From positions 10,230,001-10,294,000 of the forward strand of contig OZ024743.1 of the NCBI GenBank assembly GCA_964016885.1: a stretch of 64,000 nt of DNA, written 5' to 3'. The notes under the pieces were generated by a model. That model was not told the DNA's origin, searched no databases, and saw nothing but the letters and a program-made list of their open reading frames with translations. Both the position numbers and the translations under genes were made by a program. Of the stretch, positions 29,983-41,992 are shown piece after piece (the stretch's first letter is position 1; every line of letters begins with the position of its first letter). This stretch comes from Eledone cirrhosa (lineage: Eukaryota).

Positions 29983-30304
29983 AAATTGTTACTCAATAAT
30001 CTACACACACATGTATGCAATTTAGATTTGTATCTCAGTTATGTTGTTACAATCAGAAGTTTGCTGTCCAGTCATAAGGTCGTGGATTTTAACCCTACAT
30101 TTCTCCATATAAATCGTTATTTCTCCAAAATTGTTAATCCTGTATGTCATTTGCTGAATATTTAATTTTATTTAAGAAATAAATTAAGATATTATATTTA
30201 TTCACTTCCACATTTGAGAAATCAAAATAAACTATGAGGTTTCTCTTATGGAAAAAAATTAGTTTATCAAAACATGAATTTTCCAGTTTATATAATTGCT
30301 CAAC

Positions 30305-30650
30305 AACATCATTTAACCTCCATTTTTCTAGCTAACACAGGTCATATCCAGTAGTCCTGGTGTATATGGTTCCTATTGCCATCTTATTGATACTTGTATA
30401 ATAAAAGGTGAAAAATACAACTTGGATTAATGAATCTATTTTTAACAGTTGTCATCCTTCTTAAGCATCACATGTCCATACCAATGCAATCTTCTCTCCT
30501 GCACACTACATCTGATCCCTCTTTTACTCAGTTTCACTCTCGGTTCAATTATGTTTTGCCATTCATATATATTACTGTCACACATCCATCAAAGCATGCA
30601 AGCAGGGAAAAGCGGACGTAAAATGATGATGATGAAAATGATGATGATTA
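30305..30650 (-). mobile_element. RTE C-terminal relic (minus) abutting an oppositely oriented RTE tail (about 30585-30650, plus)
   Basis: Minus strand about 30560-30449 reads RQNIIEPRVKLSKRGIRCSVQERRLHWYGHVMLKKDDN. The plus strand has gcatgcaagcagggaaaagcggacgtaaaatgatgatgatg. Confidence 0.6.
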
Positions 30651-30900
30651 TTGCAATGAGGGGCTAACTGACCAGGGATGCACAGACCATGGATTTGGTT
30701 GGATGAAAACTATCTAGCCATGATCCTCGGTGAAATATGTATCAGAGATATAAATAAACCTCAATTAACTGCATATGGCCTCTGGTCTTTTTAATACTAT
30801 ATGTATATATATACAAGGGAGAGAAATACAGTATAATCCCAATTGGAGACCCTATCAAGATTTACCGTGATTTATGTTAATCCCAGTTCATGAACCATGA

Positions 30901-33327
30901 ATGCATCACATTAAGCACCATAACCTTAAAATTGAATTTGATAACAACGTCAAACTAGCTAACTTCTTGGATTTATCCCTTAATCTTGACACTGGCCTAT
31001 ATTACCCTTACCATAAAAACAATGAAAATCTAAATTATATTAACTTTAAATCTAACCACCCCACTAATGTTAAAAATGCTATAGTCAGTAATATTGAAAA
31101 AAGAATCTCAAATCTATCCTCTAATAAAGTTATCTTCGACGCTAATGTCAATTACTATAATAATGCGCTTTCCAAAGCCGGTTATCCTGATAAAATTAAA
31201 TACAGTAAAGAAACCAATCATCGAAGGAATTATAGTAAAACAGTTAATTATGAACATTTCAATAAATTAAATAAAAAACCTAGATACAAAAGTATTATTT
31301 AGTATAAAGCTCCTTTTTCTCTAACTATAACTAATAATATTCCTAAACTATTCTTTAGGGCCTTAGATAAATGCTTCCCTCCCTTGCATATCTATAGTAA
31401 AATCTTTAACAAACATACAATCAAATTTTAGTATTCCACCACTTTCAACATCTCTAACATTATCTCTAAACACAATAATAAAATATTAAACAATAAATTA
31501 CATCCATCCAACACTGAGCGTCATAATAATAGCAGTAGTATACCCGACGTCATTGTTAACTCTAGGCTAGATTCAGTAAATTTAAATACGACGTCAAACG
31601 TAACTTCGTTCAATGTTCATAATACCAATCTAAATCAGGAAACTATAGTTCCTATAGTAAATAACTTCTCCAATCCAATTCCTTCTATAAATAATACTAG
31701 GTCACTTGCTACTAACTCTGTTAATTTCTCTAATCGTAATTGTAATTGCCCTGTTAGAACTAAATGTCCTCTTAAAAACTTAGTGTATGAATGTAAGATT
31801 ATAACTGGTACTAATTCTTTTACCTATTTCGGTTCCACTTCCACTTCTTTTAAAGCTAGATTTTATAATCACAAATCGTCTTTTAAATACCAACTCAAAA
31901 GAACTAACACGGCACTCTCGGAACTCATATGGTCCTTAAAAGACAAAAATATTAACTATAACATATCTTGGAGGAAAGTTTGCTACGCCTTTCCTTACCT
32001 GAATTCTTCCCTACCCAGAACATGTAATCTCTGCCTAGCCGAGAAATTTACCATTATATCCAATTTTAATTCTATAATAAATAGACGTACGGATTTATTC
32101 TCGCTCTGCTTGCATAAATCCCATAGAACCTTCCATAAAGTATACAGCTAAAATTTCAAATACATAATTAGTTTAAAATCTTTTTTCTCAAAGGCTTTTA
32201 TATCTATTACAAATATACCCATCTTTCTACCTTATTTCAGTATATTATATTATACAATTTACTCCTTCTATATCGTTAGAGGTCCCATATCTTTTTCTTC
32301 TTTTACCCTTTTTTCCTTTCTTTTCTTTTTTTCTTTTTTAATTTCTAATCTTTAATCTGTAACTTTTATTTCCCAATTACTTCTCAATTCATATTATTAC
32401 TCACTACAGCATTTTCCATTTTTCCATTTTCCTCATATTATTGGCCATAGAAACTATATTTTTTAATACATAATAATATTACCATTAGGAAATTTTTGTA
32501 AACATATATACTTTTTGACGTTAGATATCTTCTTCCTTAAATTTTCTTTTTTCTTCTCTCCTTCCGTACTCGTTTTAAACCTATTATTTACTTTTACATA
32601 TTACAATACATAAAAACAAACTTAAACCCTAACTAATTCCTCTAAGTTCATAATTCATTTATTCTTCTCCTTCTCTCTCATTATATCCTTAATATTATTA
32701 ATATTTTTATTTTAATAATACATATTAATAATTTTTTTCGCACATATTATTAAACCCTTCAATATATAAACCTTTAATACTATTCTTAATTCCTTTTTCT
32801 TTAATCATAAACATCAACATCAATAAACCTCATTAACTCTTAATTTCAAAATCTTTTTAAATTATCTATTATCTTCCAACGGTTTTTTTAAATTTCTCTG
32901 TTGTAAAGGCTATTTCTCTCTCTCTCTCTATCACTCATTTCTCCTCCTCTCTCATCCTTCCTTCTTATACTCCTCCCACTTCATCCTTTATTTTCTTTCT
33001 TCCTCTTCCTTACCATTTCCGACCCCCCCTCCTTTTTTTCCCAATCTCATATATCCATCTCATTTTATTTTTCATATGTTGATTTAAAACTTCACTGCTC
33101 ACAAGTGTTTTTTAAACTTCCTATAATGTTTCCCTATTTTATCTGATGAGTACGCAAATATCATCCCATGATGATATTTGTTTTTGAAATGCGCATAATA
33201 AAATACTTGGAACTCTTTTAACCATCTTTTGATCTTATATTATTTATACTCCAGTCCTATAAACTGTGGAGTGCTACTTATCCGATGCTTGCATTGCTTT
33301 ATTGTTGCTACAATAAAACTCACCTCC
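30901..33327 (+). mobile_element. 5'-truncated Naiad-like PLE (RT thumb, linker, GIY-YIG, long 3'UTR, pLTR)
   Basis: ORF 30901-31302: NFLDLSLNLDTGLYYPYHK...SNHP...RISNLSS...F...Y..AL.KAGY. It continues past stops as KAPFS...CFPP...KIFN. ORF 31783-32151 is preceded by CNC...CPL and reads VYEC...YFGSTSTSFKARFYNHKSSF...TALSELIWSLK...ISW...CNLCLAEK...NRR...CLH. Ends at (TA)n. Confidence 0.88.
33135..33205 (+). ncRNA. Minimal type I hammerhead ribozyme in the PLE pLTR
   Basis: tattttat CTGATGA g..caaatatcat/atgatatttg.. GAAA tgcgca TA ataaaata. Perfect 8 bp stem I, 10 bp hairpin in stem II, palindromic ATGCGCAT stem III, AUA site. Confidence 0.8.
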
Positions 33328-33335
33328 TATATATA

Positions 33336-33568
33336 TATATATATAAACACACAGTCCACGCTGTAATGTGGCCGTGTAGGTAACGCGGTAAAAACCTCCC
33401 AGTCCACACTGTAAACGTAGTTGGTGTTAGGAAGGGCATCCAGCCGTAGAAAACCCACCAGACAGTCCCGAGCAAGACAACCAATCTTGCCTCAAGTGGG
33501 ACAATTCCCGTCCAGACCCATGCTAGCATGGAAGATGGACGTTAAACGATGATGATGATGATGATGAT
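33336..33568 (+). mobile_element. Heavily 5'-truncated copy of the RTE LINE (3'UTR plus (GAT)n) in (TA)n
   Basis: Near-identical to the reverse complement of 41993-42215, with about a dozen differences by eye. Confidence 0.88.
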
Positions 33569-33605
33569 ATATATATATATATATGTATGTATGTATGTGT
33601 GTATT

Positions 33606-34210
33606 ATGTCGGGTCACGCTTGAGTGCTACTGGTAACATGTAACCCAGTACAATATGTTGCATGGTCAGTTCGTCGGTGACTAAATCGGCAACCCCGCCA
33701 AGTTAACTTGGTGAGGAGGGGGATTTTGGACACCCTGTAGGACAAAAATCAAAACCTGACAAAGGGCGGACGAACCCATAAGAGTCAACGGTCATCCAAA
33801 TGTGTGTAAATATATATATATACACATGTACATGTGTATATGCATGGGTCCATGTGTATGTATATGCACAGGGACATAGAAATAGTTAGGCTGGACACCC
33901 GATCGCGCGGTTAAACCACTGGGAGTGAAGGACCCCTAGCCTTTCTCAGGGCATTCTTCTAGGAGATGGCAACTCAGAAAACTGGGATAACTCCGATATA
34001 AAACTTGCGGCTCAGTAGTTACCGATGATGTTGATCTTTTCTTCTTTTCGGGTTATAGCTACTGTCACTCAGAGAGTGGGATTGGCTCAGTGCACAGTCT
34101 TTCCTCACTTTAAAAAATATCTTCAAGCATAGGCATTGCATGATAGAATTAATTAATAATTATTAATAATGGTATATTATACAAAGGGATCTGTGACAGA
34201 CAGGCTGAAA
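33606..34210 (+). repeat. GC-richer segment, possibly the 5' region of a non-LTR retrotransposon, split by a (TA)/(TG) tract
   Basis: Composition contrasts with the flanks and it is bounded by microsatellites. No ORF. The family is not firmly recognised. Confidence 0.25.
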
Positions 34211-34299
34211 AACACACGTGTATATTGTTATATATACACCCTCACTCTCTCTCTATATATATATATATATACACACACACTCCCTAAAACCATATTCTA

Positions 34300-34387
34300 A
34301 TAATTGTTTCTACTTTAGGCACAAGGCCAGCAAATACTCAGTGCATTACTGGTACTTTATTTTATCGACCCCGTAAGGATGAAAGGC
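34300..34387 (-). mobile_element. 5'-truncated SINE family A with TSD
   Basis: Matches the SINE 3' half. Flanked by the direct repeat attctaataat (34294-34304 and 34388-34398). Confidence 0.85.
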
Positions 34388-34837
34388 ATTCTAATAATAG
34401 AATTTCTCTTACACTCCTGCTACTGCCATAGAACTTACCTCTACCTTACAGTTCCCCATCCCCTTTTGAACTCTTGACCAGTCAATTAACACAATCACAT
34501 ATATACACACATATTTACATGATGTTTCGAAAAAACAACTTTGTTCTGTGAAGAAACACAGCTGCTGCTATCTTCACTACCACCTCTCTATTAACAAGAA
34601 CTCATTGTCCAGCCAAATTTTGAGCAGGAAAGATGGAAGAAAACTTACTCCAACATTTGATTTTAATTTCAAATCTTTAGTTTTTAACTCCTATTAATTC
34701 TTTTTAATTTTTATTTCAATACTCAACATTTGATAAGATGAATTTTAATAATACATCAACACCAGTAATACTTTATATATTTTATATATATCATAAAACT
34801 TTTTTTTTTTAAAGAATTATCCCTCTCATTTTTTCAA

Positions 34838-34969
34838 TAATTGTTTCTACTTTTGGCACAAGGCCAGCAATTACCCAATGCAATACTGGTACTTTATTTT
34901 ATCGACCCCGTAAGGATGAAAGGCAAAGTCAACCTCGGCGGGATTTGAACTCAGATCGTAAAGGGACGA
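34838..34969 (-). mobile_element. 5'-truncated SINE family A with 16 bp TSD
   Basis: Flanked by tcattttttcaataat at 34826-34841 and 34970-34985. Confidence 0.9.
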
Positions 34970-35087
34970 TCATTTTTTCAATAATGTTATCTTTTCAATA
35001 ATGTCACTTTGACGAATCAAAGAATGGATAAAAAAAAGAAAAACAGACCCTTAAATATATTTTCCGTACTATTTCCAACTTCACCTC

Positions 35088-35246
<159 letters not shown>

Positions 35247-35467
35247 ATAAATAAACAGTTTTAAAAATGCCGCATTAGCTAATACAACATCTTTAGCTGA
35301 AATAATTAATAATTATAGAAAGAGGAATATAGATTATGACCTGACCTGGAGTGTGCTCAAAAGGGCCACCCCTTATCAAAATAATAGATATGAATGTAGA
35401 TTGTGTTCCCAAGAACTTTTCGAAATAATGAAATCTAAGGATATCCTATTAAATAAGCGACAGGAAT

Positions 35468-35845
35468 TAATAGTTGTTTCTACTTTAGGCACAAGGCCAG
35501 CAATTATCCAGTGCATTACTGGTACTTTATTTTATCGACCCCGTAAGGATGAAAGGCAAAGTCAACCTCGGCGGGATTTGAACTCAGATCGTAAAGGGAC
35601 GTAACTATGCTGGAAAGCATGGCGTCCGACCCTCTACCGATACTGCCAATCCACCGGGAATTAATAATTGTTTCTACTTTTGGCACAAGGCCAGCAATTA
35701 CCAAGTGTATTACTGGTACTTTATTTTATCGACCCCGTAAGGATGAAAGGCAAAGTTAACCTCGGCGGGATTTGAACTCAGATCGTAAAGGGACGTAACT
35801 ACGCTGGAAAGCATGTCTGACCCTCTACCAATACTGCCAATTCAC
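35468..35845 (-). mobile_element. Two tandem SINE family A copies (about 35468-35656 and 35662-35845)
   Basis: Two consecutive near-identical reverse-complement copies, each preceded on the plus strand by ggaattaata. Confidence 0.9.
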
Positions 35846-36394
35846 AATATCATCTAATCATAAACTGAGAAAAACTTTTAAATATTATAAACCTAATTAA
35901 TATACACTTTAGAAATTATTATAATAACATTGTTTTTAATTTAGTTAACCTATAATTAATATTCTACTACTGATGAACTACATAATTTTATTTCCCTTTT
36001 ACAACTATCTTTTCCTAAAATTGATACCATTAAGTATACATATATACTGTTTTAATTTCAGGTTATGATTCTATGTTCCTTGTAATATCTGTTATTTCTC
36101 ACTAATAATTTAACCCCCCCCCCCCCCAATAATTATATTTTTTTTTATTTCCCCTCGTTTTTAACAGCATTCTTCAATTACATCTAACTCTTATTTATCA
36201 TATCTATATGCATTAATATAATTTTTTCAATATAAATATACCTATCAATTTATTTAATTTATTTTCTTTTCATAGATGTAAATTCCATATATTTTTTTCA
36301 CTAACACTTTTATCGTAAAATTTTAGTCTCCTTAGATATTTACAATGGCATTATTCTTTTATAACAGCAATTTTTCGTGTACTTTTTACCGACC

Positions 36395-36864
36395 TGACCT
36401 ATTTTCACCCTAAAATAACCTTTTCATTCATCACACTCCTTCCATTCAAAACTGAAATCTGCCTTCTTCTACCCCTAAATTAAAGTTCCATTACTACTAT
36501 TATACCATTTGGCCAGTTATTACCTTTCTACTGGTCAATTCAAAACCTGTTCCCAAACAGACCTATTATATTAAATCTTTGTTGGTTTTATTCAATGAAC
36601 AAATATAATTATTTCTGAAGACAGCATATGACCTATTTTCATCCCTAAAATAATCTTTCATTCATAATATTCTTTCCATCCAAAACTGAAATCTACCTTC
36701 CTCTACCCCTAAATTAAGGCTCTATTACTACTATTTTACCATCTTGACCTTCACTATCTTTCTATTGGTCAATTCAAAACCTGTTCCCAAACAGACCTAT
36801 TGTATTAAATCTTTGTTGGTTTTTTTTCAATAAACAAATATCATTATTTCTGAAGATAGCATAT
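36395..36864 (+). repeat. About 234 bp tandem duplication in the PLE 3'UTR/pLTR
   Basis: tgacctattttca...atttctgaaga(c/t)agcatat occurs at 36395-36628 and again at 36629-36864. Confidence 0.9.
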
Positions 36865-36978
36865 ATATGTGTAGGTATGTATATTCCTTCTGATAGTTTG
36901 TAAAATTTTTACATAGATCTATATGATATACATACCAACACTAACATATATATCCTAGAAACGATCGTAAAATGATGA
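36841..36978 (+). ncRNA. Type I hammerhead ribozyme with extended stem II
   Basis: tcattattt CTGAAGA tagcatatatatg...ggtatgtatat / atatacatacc...catatatatccta GAAA cgatcg TA aaatgatga. Palindrome ACGATCGT and a GUA site. Confidence 0.8.
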
Positions 36979-37050
36979 ATTTTTTAATATAAGGAACTGT
37001 TTCTTTGTTTATTCATTATTTTTATTAATTTATATATATATATATGTGTG

Positions 37051-37107
<57 letters not shown>

Positions 37108-37113
37108 GTATAT

Positions 37114-37183
<70 letters not shown>

Positions 37184-37189
37184 GTATAT

Positions 37190-37220
<31 letters not shown>

Positions 37221-37234
37221 AATATATATATATA

Positions 37235-37278
<44 letters not shown>

Positions 37279-37283
<5 letters not shown>

Positions 37284-38867
37284 CAAGAAAGAAGAGTGAC
37301 ATGGTTTGCTATACAATAAGGGCTTTATTCACATTGCTGACAATTGTTTCTCTGAACTGGTAGGTCTTTTAAAAAAAGATGGTATGTGCACAGACATACG
37401 ATGAAGAACCGTGCACTAATAGGTTCTACAATCCTCGCAAAAAAAAATCTGGGAACTTAAGGACAAAAACATCGACTACAATATCAACTGGTCGAGGTTC
37501 TCGGCCGCAAGGGCATATAGTACCGGTATGTCCCACTGTAGGCTCTGTGATCTTGAATTACTATATATCCTTAGGAACGATAAAAGGCTACTCAACAACA
37601 AGATAGAAAGATCAATTTTCTGCAGACATAGGATCGCTTCTAAATTCACAAGATTTAAGCCACCGTGATTCGAACCAACATAACTTAGCATTCAACATAT
37701 GAAATCCGCACTCTCACACAGACCACCACAGAACTATAATATTCTTTAAGCAGCTTCTAGCCTCCTTAATTCTATACCACAGTAATGTCTGCAAATATCT
37801 TATCAACCCATAAATATATCTCTTCTCGGCTGCTGTCAACACAACTTCCTCACTCTTGATTTTCAACAGATGAACTTAATTCCAAGTACATTATTTGACT
37901 ACTACCACAGACGTTGAAATATCACCTTCCCCCTGTTGTTATAATGACCACCCCAATGTATCCGTAATTGTAGTCATTATGTTCTCTCTATATATACCTT
38001 GCTTCTTAACCTCTGTATTAACTTACTTACTATATTGCTGTTATTATTATTATTGTTGTCTTATCCATGCATGATGTGTTATTGATGCTGTGAAAGCTAA
38101 ACAACCATATGATTCGAACTAACAATCCCTTCATCTAATATAGACCACTTAAATAATGAATCCGCTTTACACCACATAAAAATTGCCATCTTCACTACAA
38201 TGAAAATATTTTATCTGTCAGATAATAAATAACTCTTACGGTCAGCAAACCTACAGTAAAGTAAATGGTCCATTTTTTCAAGCCCCAGGTTATCTCTACA
38301 CTATATATAATACACCCCATGACAGCTTTTACATACATCTGCTTCGTATCAGCTCGTTTTACATGCTAAAGTCATCAGTATACTCTGTCTTACTTAGATT
38401 GATGTTGTGATTATTTTAAATATTTACGGTCTAGCTAATTTATTGTAGTATTGTTATTATTGTTATTATTGTTCTGATTTAATGCCACTACTATATATAG
38501 AAGCCATGCCTGTGTATTCCCTTCATTCTCACACGCTCTGATGAACTGACTGGTTATAACAAAGTATTGTTGATCGATTGACGCAAAAACAGGCGGGTAG
38601 CTAACTCTAGACCTACCAGTTCAGAGAAACAATTGTCAGCAATGTGAATAAAGCCCTTATTGTATAGCAAACCATGTCACTCTTCTTTCTTGATTTATTA
38701 TTACTCCAAGTGTAAACTACATAGAAATCACCGCGTCCTCGCAGCATCACTATGAAAACGTCTTGTTGAGTCAAACTTAACCAAGCGTTAATACTATCCA
38801 CTACTCGGAGTACCCTAACTGGACTACATCTAAGTGGACTACCTATAACAATAATTTGTTATCCCGT
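37279..38867 (+). mobile_element. 5'-truncated Naiad-like PLE with short inverted 5' pLTR (37279-37367 = reverse complement of 38610-38697)
   Basis: About 37372-37669 reads, with one frameshift in a poly-A run, KRWYVHRHTMKN...STILAKKIWELKDKNIDYNINW...AYSTGMSHCRLCDLELLYIL...LLNNKIE...CRHR. Flanked by (TA)n. Confidence 0.85.
38530..38649 (+). ncRNA. Type I hammerhead ribozyme
   Basis: cacacgct CTGATGA actgactggt...accagttcaga GAAA caattg TC agcaatgtg. Palindrome ACAATTGT and a GUC site. Confidence 0.75.
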
Positions 38868-39105
38868 ATATATATATATATATATATATATGGAATAACA
38901 AATTATCGTTATAGGTAATCCAGTTAGAGGTTGTGAGTACTCCGTATTATGGATAGTTTTAACGTACGGCGTTGTTTGACTGAACAAGAGGTTTCCTTAG
39001 TTAGGTTGCGAGTTCTCGAGAATTCCTATGCATGTTAATCATGGAGTAATAATAGTGAAAGAGTGAAAAATAACATAGTCAACAGTACAAATAGGGTTTT
39101 ATTTA

Positions 39106-39218
39106 CAGTATTAACAATAGTTTCATTGATTAGGGTGTCTAAAAATTGCTAATCACTTGAAGTTGTGTCACTCAATTTTAAATACAATGTATGCCTAATC
39201 AAATCATCAGAATAACTG
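39106..39218 (-). ncRNA. Type I hammerhead ribozyme (GUU site)
   Basis: Reverse complement of 40261-40373. Confidence 0.65.
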
Positions 39219-40260
39219 ATTAAAATCATACACGGCATTTGTAATATACTAAGAAAATTCAAATCACAATATCAGTAATAAAGAAAGAAAAAGAAAAATG
39301 AAAAAGAGAGAGAGAAAAATAAAAAATTAAATTAAAAGATAAAAAAAAATAAGTAAAAAAATATATGTGTGTGAAAAAAAGTGAACATAATGTGATTGTC
39401 GGAAACAGTTGTGGCAGCGGTGGTGGTGGTCAAAGTATAAAGATGTGGAAACATCAAACACACACACATGTATTGGTTAAATTATATTATGAAGAAATAG
39501 TACAGTGTTAAATAAAGGATAAATTAATAAATTGGAAGTTATGTGAGAGGTGAAGAGAACATGATAGGGTGTAATGGAAGAGGTGAAATAGTTTTAGGGA
39601 AAGAGAGTGAAAGAAAGAAAGGTTAGGAGGTTATGATGTTGATTCAGGGATTAGTTGATCTATTGACAGTTAATAATAATGGGTTATTATAATAGACTCT
39701 AAGTGGTTCAGTTTGAATAATGGGATTGTTGGATCGAATCATGTTGGTTCGAAATTAGCGAATTTAGTAGCTGCTTTGTGCCTACAGAAAATTGACTGTT
39801 CTATTTTGCTGTTAAGCAGCATTTTGCATACTTTAAAATATGGAGCAACTCCATATTGCAAAGTCTACTAGTTTCAACCAGCCAATAAAATCTGGCAGCT
39901 TAAAGATACAAACCAAGAATACAGGATTAGCTGGTCAAAACTGTTGGAGGCAAAGGCCTACAGAAATGGAATGTCCCACTGTGTGTGTTTGATGTTTTCA
40001 TGTTTATACTTTGACCACCACCACCGCCACAACTGTTTCCGACAATCACATTATGTTCACTTTTTTTCACATACACATATATATTTGTTTACTTCATTCT
40101 AACTTATATATTATATATTATTATTATTGTGCCAAAAAGTAGAAACAATTATTTATTTATTATTTTTTATTTTTTATTTTTCTCTCTTTTTCTTTCTTTA
40201 TTACTGATGTTGTGATTTGAATTTTCCTAGTATATTACAAACGCCGTGTATAATTTTAAT

Positions 40261-40373
40261 CAGTTATTCTGATGATTTGATTAGGCATACATTGTATTTA
40301 AAATTGAGTGACACAACTTCAAGTGATTAGCAATTTTTAGACACCCTAATCAATGAAACTATTGTTAATACTG
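40261..40373 (+). ncRNA. Type I hammerhead ribozyme in the inverted pLTR (GUU site)
   Basis: cagttatt CTGATGA tttgattagg...cctaatcaat GAAA ctattg TT aatactg. Confidence 0.65.
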
Positions 40374-40420
40374 TAAATAAAACCCTATTTGTACTGTTGA
40401 CCGTGTTATTCCTCACTCTT

Positions 40421-40760
<340 letters not shown>

Positions 40761-40904
40761 GGTAGGGGAGAAATAGACGGGTGAGAAGAGGGAGGTGGAA
40801 TTAAAAATACTTTAGTAGAGGAAAAGTGATAGAGAATCGTGATATATATGTATGTGCGTGTGTGTGTGCACATGCATGTGAATGTATATATATATATATA
40901 TGTA

Positions 40905-40954
40905 TACATATATATAGTAAGATATCTATATATATATATATGATATATAGTAAG

Positions 40955-40985
<31 letters not shown>

Positions 40986-41017
40986 TAGTAAGATATATAT
41001 ATATATGTATATATATT

Positions 41018-41059
<42 letters not shown>

Positions 41060-41196
41060 GTAAGATATATATATATAGTAAGATATATATATAGTAAGAT
41101 ATATATATAGTAAGATATATATATATATATAGTAAGATATATATATATAGATATAGTAAGATATATATATATATAGTAAGATATATATATATAGTA

Positions 41197-41252
<56 letters not shown>

Positions 41253-41490
41253 AGATATATATATATATATATATATATATAGTAGAATAATCGAGTATCG
41301 AAAAATCGGCGCACGAGTTCACGATAAACAAAATTCGATATGAGCGGCAGAGGGCTCCATAATTTAGATAAATCAGATATATATATATATATATATATAT
41401 AGTAAGATATATATATATATAGTAAGATATATATATATAGTAAGATATATATATATAGTAAGATATATATATAGTAAGATATTTATATAT
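40905..41490. repeat. Compound minisatellite (TA)n-GTAAGA; recurs at about 41950-41993 and 45968-46040
   Basis: More than a dozen tagtaaga punctuations separated by (TA) runs of variable length. Confidence 0.9.
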
Positions 41491-41947
41491 AAAATAAAAT
41501 AAAGTCAAATATTTAAAATTTGGCTTCGTTTATTACTGCTATAGATATTTCGGTGACAACTATCTTTGGCTGTGACCTTTTCAGGCAGTCCAAATTGGTG
41601 TGGGAGAGATGGGTACACATGTACTCCGTCAATACTCCGATATGCCCAATTCCTCAGAGAAATAACAACCCAACCAGCAGCTGGGCATATCGGAGTATTG
41701 ACGGAGTTAAACACCTCAACAACATGTGTACCCATCTCTACCACACAAAATCGGACTGCCTGAAGAGGTCACAGCCAAAGATAGCTGTCAACGAAATATA
41801 TATAGCAGTAATAAACGAAGCCAAATTTTAAATATTTGACTTATTTATTTTATTTTACATTACTCCGGAGTAAGCAAACCAACCTGCGCACTTCGTCGAG
41901 TGCTCCAATCTGCATACTTAGGTGTCGGTAAACATCCAACATATACT

Positions 41948-41950
<3 letters not shown>
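41491..41950 (+). mobile_element. Non-coding palindromic mini-PLE (inverted pLTR, pLTR and tail)
   Basis: 41491-41648 is the reverse complement of about 41682-41857, with a spacer of about 33 nt. Hammerhead in the right arm, TACTCC...GAGTGCT tail, flanked by (TA)n. Confidence 0.8.
41755..41809 (+). ncRNA. Minimal type I hammerhead ribozyme
   Basis: actgc CTGAAGA ggtcacagc caaagata gctgtcaac GAAA tatata TA gcagt. The inverted copy at 41535-41589 has the core mutated to CTGAAAA. Confidence 0.8.
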
Positions 41951-41987
<37 letters not shown>

Positions 41988-41992
41988 AGATA

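Larger units (their letters stand above)
35252..37030 (+). mobile_element. 5'-truncated Naiad-like PLE interrupted by two SINEs
   Basis: Reads [18 protein letters not shown]...DYDLTWSVLKRATPYQNNRYECRLCSQELFEIMKSKDILLNKRQELI and resumes after the SINEs as ISSNHKLRKTFKYYKPN*. The 3'UTR carries a hammerhead. (TA)n on both sides. Confidence 0.8.

Noticed and set aside
33606-33800. HDV-like ribozyme at a putative LINE 5' end (also considered at 45850-45968)
   Set aside because: I could not build the nested double pseudoknot by eye. A descriptor-based search would be needed.
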